From: a virus
Lineage: Duplodnaviria > Caudoviricetes
Virus record (IMG/VR): IMGVR_UViG_3300048882_000503
Span: 1 to 38,520 of that record
Length of the DNA: 38,520 bases
Strand: one strand, 5' to 3'
Both the position numbers and the translations under genes were made by a program. Below the pieces are notes generated by a model that searched no databases, was not told the origin of the DNA, and was given only the letters and a program-made list of their open reading frames with translations. Below, piece by piece: positions 34,703 through 38,520 of this stretch (position 1 is its first letter; each line of letters starts with the position of its first letter).

Positions 34703-35562
34703 TATAGACCTTTTGGGAGTGGATATCCCTTACTTTCAATAGATTTTACTATTAACTTTTTGATTTGTGGTAAATACTTCTTCCACAAGAAATTAGAACT
34801 GTTTATTGCTTTCCAAATGTCTTCCCATGATAGGATATCTTTGGCTTTGAATTTAGGACCGAGAAGAACATCAATAACACCTTGTGGGTCTTTAGCAAGA
34901 AACTTGCGAGAAACTTCCTTCCCGTTTTTAAGTAATCCACGTTTGCCCTTACGACTAAATGACACATCATGTAAACCAGAACTGAAGTGAAGTAACTTAC
35001 GACTCCATTCAGTATCATCGCCAGCACGACCGGCATGATGTGAGATGGCAGATAATGCACTGTTTCTATATAATCCCTTATATTGAGATTCCCATTCCGC
35101 AGGACTATAATAAATCCATTTTGACCATTCTAGGTTGTCACTCAACATAAGATCGAGCTGGACCCGTTCACCATCTTGTTTACCATCTTTGTTGATAATA
35201 GGTAATGCCAAGGACACAATACCAATACCTTTCATTTCATTAACTGAATCTGATACTGATGACACAACTTTCGTGATATAAGCAGATAATTGCTTCGGGT
35301 CTTTTACCTTTCCACTTTCAATGATCTTTGAACCAGAAATAGCCAAGTCGATATCACCACTTTGACCGCCAGGATTTTTCTTCCCTGTCGAGCCAAGTAG
35401 AGCAGTATCTTTTTTTGTCAAACCTAATTTTGGAAGGATTTTCTTATAGATAAAGTCCATCGTGGCCCCAACATTTTCTTGGTTGATTTTCACCACATTA
35501 GAAACTGCATTGCCGCCTTCACCCAACAACTTCGGATTTATATATTGCTTAAAAGATTTCAT
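34702..35562 (-). CDS. Pol-beta-superfamily nucleotidyltransferase with capsid-targeting-like leader
   Basis: MKSFKQY...LLGE|GGN; LGSTGK......SGDIDL and third Asp in VQLDLM. Confidence 0.85.
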   Translation of the reverse strand: MKSFKQYINPKLLGEGGNAVSNVVKINQENVGATMDFIYKKILPKLGLTKKDTALLGSTGKKNPGGQSGDIDLAISGSKIIESGKVKDPKQLSAYITKVVSSVSDSVNEMKGIGIVSLALPIINKDGKQDGERVQLDLMLSDNLEWSKWIYYSPAEWESQYKGLYRNSALSAISHHAGRAGDDTEWSRKLLHFSSGLHDVSFSRKGKRGLLKNGKEVSRKFLAKDPQGVIDVLLGPKFKAKDILSWEDIWKAINSSNFLWKKYLPQIKKLIVKSIESKGYPLPKGL

Positions 35563-35586
35563 ACTATACTCATAATGTTATCTAAT

Positions 35587-35594
35587 TATTTATA
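35587..35594 (-). promoter_or_regulatory. T4-type late promoter for the 35562-31307 operon
   Basis: TATAAATA overlapping the gp41 stop codon. Confidence 0.8.
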
Positions 35595-36972
35595 CAATCA
35601 GTCCACTAAATTTTTTGGCTGTTCGCTCCGACTTGTATGATTCCGGCTCTATTTTGGTTTGATTTGGCTGGAACATACTACCAGAACCATCTTCAATATC
35701 ATACAACTTCATCTTCGCTCTGTCAATACCAATCGTGTGAAACGTCCCATCTTCACCATATCGACTATTCTTCACGGTCTTAATGATTATTTGGTTACTG
35801 GCTTTCAGGTCATCGTTAGAAATTAAGCCTAACAACATATCCACAGTTTGAACTAAACCGATAGATTCAGACACGTCCGTTGCTCCAATATCAGAAGCAT
35901 CAAAACCAGAACGACCTGTTTGAGTCAAAGAGAATATCGGTAGGTTAAATTCAACCGCCAATCCTCTCAATTCCTCGGCAATAGATTTAACAATCGTGTA
36001 GGAGTTTGCCTGTGCGTTTTTAACACGAGCACTTGAACAAATATTTATATAATCCACACAAATAACATCAGGTATAAAATCTTCCTTCTGTTTCAATTCC
36101 TCAATTGCAAACCTAAAGTGACCGACGCCCGCGGCACCAGTTGGGTATTCCTTAATCTTTAATCGTCCGGTGGTGTTCTTACTAATCTTCCTGATATTAT
36201 TATCAAACACTTCCTTACTCATCTTCTTCATGTCTTGTATTTCAACATTCATTAGATTTGCATCAATTCGTTCGGCGATACGTTCCTCACTCATTTCCAG
36301 TGTTATGTATAAAACGTTTTTTCCTTGTGTTAACCAATATGAAGATAAGGAACAAAGGAATAGCGTTTTACCTGAACCAGAACTACCCATCGCGACATTC
36401 AACGTTTTGTTTGGAACGCCGCCGCCAGTTATCTTATCTAATTCGACAAGACCTAAACTAAGTCTTTCCTCATCATTATGATAGAAGTCGTACCGCTCTT
36501 CGCTGTCGTTAATGTAATCGTGTCCAAGTTTTTGGTCGAATGACACGTTCAGTGCATCTTGGAATATTTTAGGTAATGCTCCACGACTTAAACCAGTACT
36601 AGACTCAATACCCTGTGCAATTGAAATTGATTCCTCGAGGGCGTTAAACAGTGCCCTATCTTTACAAAATTGTTCAGTCGTTTCGACAAGCCAATCAATC
36701 GACTTGTCTATCCGTTCCACATCCTTGCTGAACTCAACTAACCATTCGATTGTATTGTCTGTAACATTTGGATCATTGTTACAATCAATGCTCAATACTT
36801 CGAGTGTAGGTAAAGCAGAATATTTTTGAGTGTAATCCTTTATCTTATTGAAGATAACTTGTTCTTCAATGGTCTCAAAGTATTCTTCTTTAATGTGTGG
36901 TAAAATAGTACGAGAATAGTCTTCTCTAAATAATAACGACTCAAGTATTAAGTGAGATACCTCACTCTTCAT
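35590..36972 (-). CDS. gp41: Replicative helicase gp41
   Basis: FCKDRA..NA, GHDY, G.SGSGKT, YITLEMSEE.IAERIDAN, IKEYPT, DYINIC, KSIAEELRGLA, SES.G. Confidence 0.97.
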   Translation of the reverse strand: MKSEVSHLILESLLFREDYSRTILPHIKEEYFETIEEQVIFNKIKDYTQKYSALPTLEVLSIDCNNDPNVTDNTIEWLVEFSKDVERIDKSIDWLVETTEQFCKDRALFNALEESISIAQGIESSTGLSRGALPKIFQDALNVSFDQKLGHDYINDSEERYDFYHNDEERLSLGLVELDKITGGGVPNKTLNVAMGSSGSGKTLFLCSLSSYWLTQGKNVLYITLEMSEERIAERIDANLMNVEIQDMKKMSKEVFDNNIRKISKNTTGRLKIKEYPTGAAGVGHFRFAIEELKQKEDFIPDVICVDYINICSSARVKNAQANSYTIVKSIAEELRGLAVEFNLPIFSLTQTGRSGFDASDIGATDVSESIGLVQTVDMLLGLISNDDLKASNQIIIKTVKNSRYGEDGTFHTIGIDRAKMKLYDIEDGSGSMFQPNQTKIEPESYKSERTAKKFSGLIV

Positions 36973-37234
36973 TTTCTGGCGTATCCTTATTTTCCACCAT
37001 ATCTTGTAAAATACTTGAAGTTATATCACCAACAATAACATCAAATGTGGTACTACACGTAGGTTTCTTTTCTGATATCACGGTGTAATTAATTGTGGCT
37101 AAGGCTGCCGCACCATCATCTCCATTTTCTTCATCAAACTTAATGGATTCAATTATAAACTGTATACCATCATAATCAATTGCCCACCGCTCATCTGTAT
37201 ATTCACTTAATCTATAATCAACATTTTGAATCAT
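36962..37234 (-). CDS. Small acidic protein between uvsX and gp41
   Basis: GAGGGAG RBS gives the start MIQNVDY; GDI...IL C-terminal helix; conserved T4-like position. Confidence 0.7.
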   Translation of the reverse strand: MIQNVDYRLSEYTDERWAIDYDGIQFIIESIKFDEENGDDGAAALATINYTVISEKKPTCSTTFDVIVGDITSSILQDMVENKDTPENEE

Positions 37235-37235
37235 T

Positions 37236-37394
37236 TTATTCTCCCTCAAGTAATAATTCTTTATCTTTGCATACTGGACACTCCACAATATTTGGGGTGA
37301 ACTTACATTTACAAACTTTGCAAGTCCACATAATATCTTGGACAGAATTCAAAAATTTCCGCACCTGTTTTAAGCCAACATACGTTTCATTCAT
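37236..37394 (-). CDS. Small zinc-ribbon protein (52 aa; not in the ORF track)
   Basis: MNETYVGLKQVRKFLNSVQDIMWTCKVCKCKFTPNIVECPVCKDKELLLEGE*. Confidence 0.65.
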   Translation of the reverse strand: MNETYVGLKQVRKFLNSVQDIMWTCKVCKCKFTPNIVECPVCKDKELLLEGE

Positions 37395-37414
37395 TGGAAT
37401 TTTTAATCGGTTGT

Positions 37415-38473
37415 TTAATATTCATTTATTTCTCCTGTCTCCATATCAATATCATCACTTTGAATTAATGAACCTGTAACCAATTTGTATTTGTTTTTCA
37501 CGAAGTCACGGAAGTCTTGTTGTTCAAGTACAGGTTTCCAAAACTCTTCGTTACGAGTTTGTTTCTCGCGAAACTTACCATCATCTTCAACACACGGTCG
37601 CGTATACCAACCCATACTTGGTTTCACGACATGACCACTTTCAACTGCCACATCAAGCAATCCACCGTAAATTCTCAATCCACCTTTAAACGAAACTTCG
37701 ATTGGAATCTTACTTTTCTCCTTCACGAATCGACTCTTCTCGACATTGATAATGAATTTATAACCTGCAAGGTCTTTACCTTCTTTTTCTTGTTGACGAC
37801 CCATAATCCAAATGTTGTCAGATGAATACATTATTCCTGTGCCGCCCGATACAACTTTTTTGGAAAACATTTCTTGTGTATCGTAAGTATGAGCAATTTG
37901 AACCAACGGAACTTGCTTCATTGTCATGTATGGCGTGATCATGCGATACAAAGATTTCAACTGTTTGGCACGAGTCATGTCGGCTTTGCTACTACCATCA
38001 AGAGCATCTGCAATTTCTTTCTTTGACGCAAGATTACCGATACTATCAATTAGAATAATAACCTTATCTTTCTTTTCGATATTAGTTTCAAGTTGAGTAA
38101 CCAAATCAAACTTCAACTCTTCGATGTTCATGACCGGAGTATGAACAATTCGAGAAGTGTCAATATTGAATGCTTTGAAGTATTCTTCCGGCGACCCAAA
38201 TTCAGAGTCATAGAATAATACGACGGCATCTTTATGTTTATCGAGATATGCACGAATAAGCAACAAGGCAACCGTACTTTTGAAATGTCGGCTTGGTCCA
38301 GCGATTGTCGTGATGCCAGTAGTTAAGCCACCATCAAACGAACCACTTAATGCAACGTTGACCATTGGCACAACGGTCGGGGATGGCGCATCTTTATTAA
38401 ACGCATCGCTATTAGCAATCATACTCGTGCTTTTGATCGTGCTATTCTTAATTAATTTTTCTGTTAAACTCAA
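37415..38473 (-). CDS. uvsX: RecA-like recombinase UvsX
   Basis: NVALSG, AGPSRHFKS, FYDSEFG, IDSIGNLASKKE, DMTRAK, SGGTG, KSRFVKEKS. Confidence 0.97.
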   Translation of the reverse strand: MSLTEKLIKNSTIKSTSMIANSDAFNKDAPSPTVVPMVNVALSGSFDGGLTTGITTIAGPSRHFKSTVALLLIRAYLDKHKDAVVLFYDSEFGSPEEYFKAFNIDTSRIVHTPVMNIEELKFDLVTQLETNIEKKDKVIILIDSIGNLASKKEIADALDGSSKADMTRAKQLKSLYRMITPYMTMKQVPLVQIAHTYDTQEMFSKKVVSGGTGIMYSSDNIWIMGRQQEKEGKDLAGYKFIINVEKSRFVKEKSKIPIEVSFKGGLRIYGGLLDVAVESGHVVKPSMGWYTRPCVEDDGKFREKQTRNEEFWKPVLEQQDFRDFVKNKYKLVTGSLIQSDDIDMETGEINEY

Positions 38474-38520
38474 TTTATAGTCCCCAATATGGATTGTATT
38501 TAGTGGTGAATTTTTCGATA

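Noticed and set aside
152-38480. Many 60-150 aa ORFs antisense or out of frame within recognised genes (e.g. 152-412, 3157-3549, 9884-10342, 21666-22079, 36170-36481)
   Set aside because: Shadow ORFs of well-supported genes; Ser/Phe/Ile-rich composition typical of reverse-strand reading; no RBS or motifs.
1-38520. Alternative genetic code (stop-codon reassignment)
   Set aside because: Core genes are full length under the standard code, and TAA, TGA and TAG all end genes.

Overview
A 38.5 kb segment of an AT-rich T4-like (T4-superfamily myovirus) phage genome, standard genetic code, almost fully coding. Left end: late morphogenesis genes (gp4, gp54/gp19-like, gp26, gp51, gp29-like tape measure, gp2). 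Then a long minus-strand replication/recombination/nucleotide-metabolism block (gp32, gp59, gp33, DHH phosphoesterase, dNMP kinase, topoisomerase gp52 and unsplit gp39-60, DsbA, dimeric dUTPase, Hsp20, GroES, exonuclease, DNA ligase, RNase H, dCMP deaminase, NrdA/NrdB, primase, gp41, UvsX), interspersed with small early genes behind repeated sigma70-type promoter cassettes. The main unexplained structure is two translationally coupled operons, each behind a TATAAATA late promoter (21.3-24.2 kb and 31.3-35.6 kb). About ten otherwise unrelated proteins in them begin with a T4 capsid-targeting-like peptide, MK(S/T)(F/Y)K..(L/I).E. These include a Pol-beta-type nucleotidyltransferase, an RNA-ligase-fold protein, a PD-(D/E)xK nuclease, a NadM-like HIGH nucleotidyltransferase, an ADP-ribosyltransferase-like protein and a P-loop kinase, which suggests a virion-packaged, co-injected enzyme kit. 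Other signals: a probable -1 frameshift joining gp26 to gp51, apparently leaderless late mRNAs, a four-hairpin leader before hsp20, and an almost empty promoter cassette. All product calls come from motif recognition and synteny by eye; no database searches were run.
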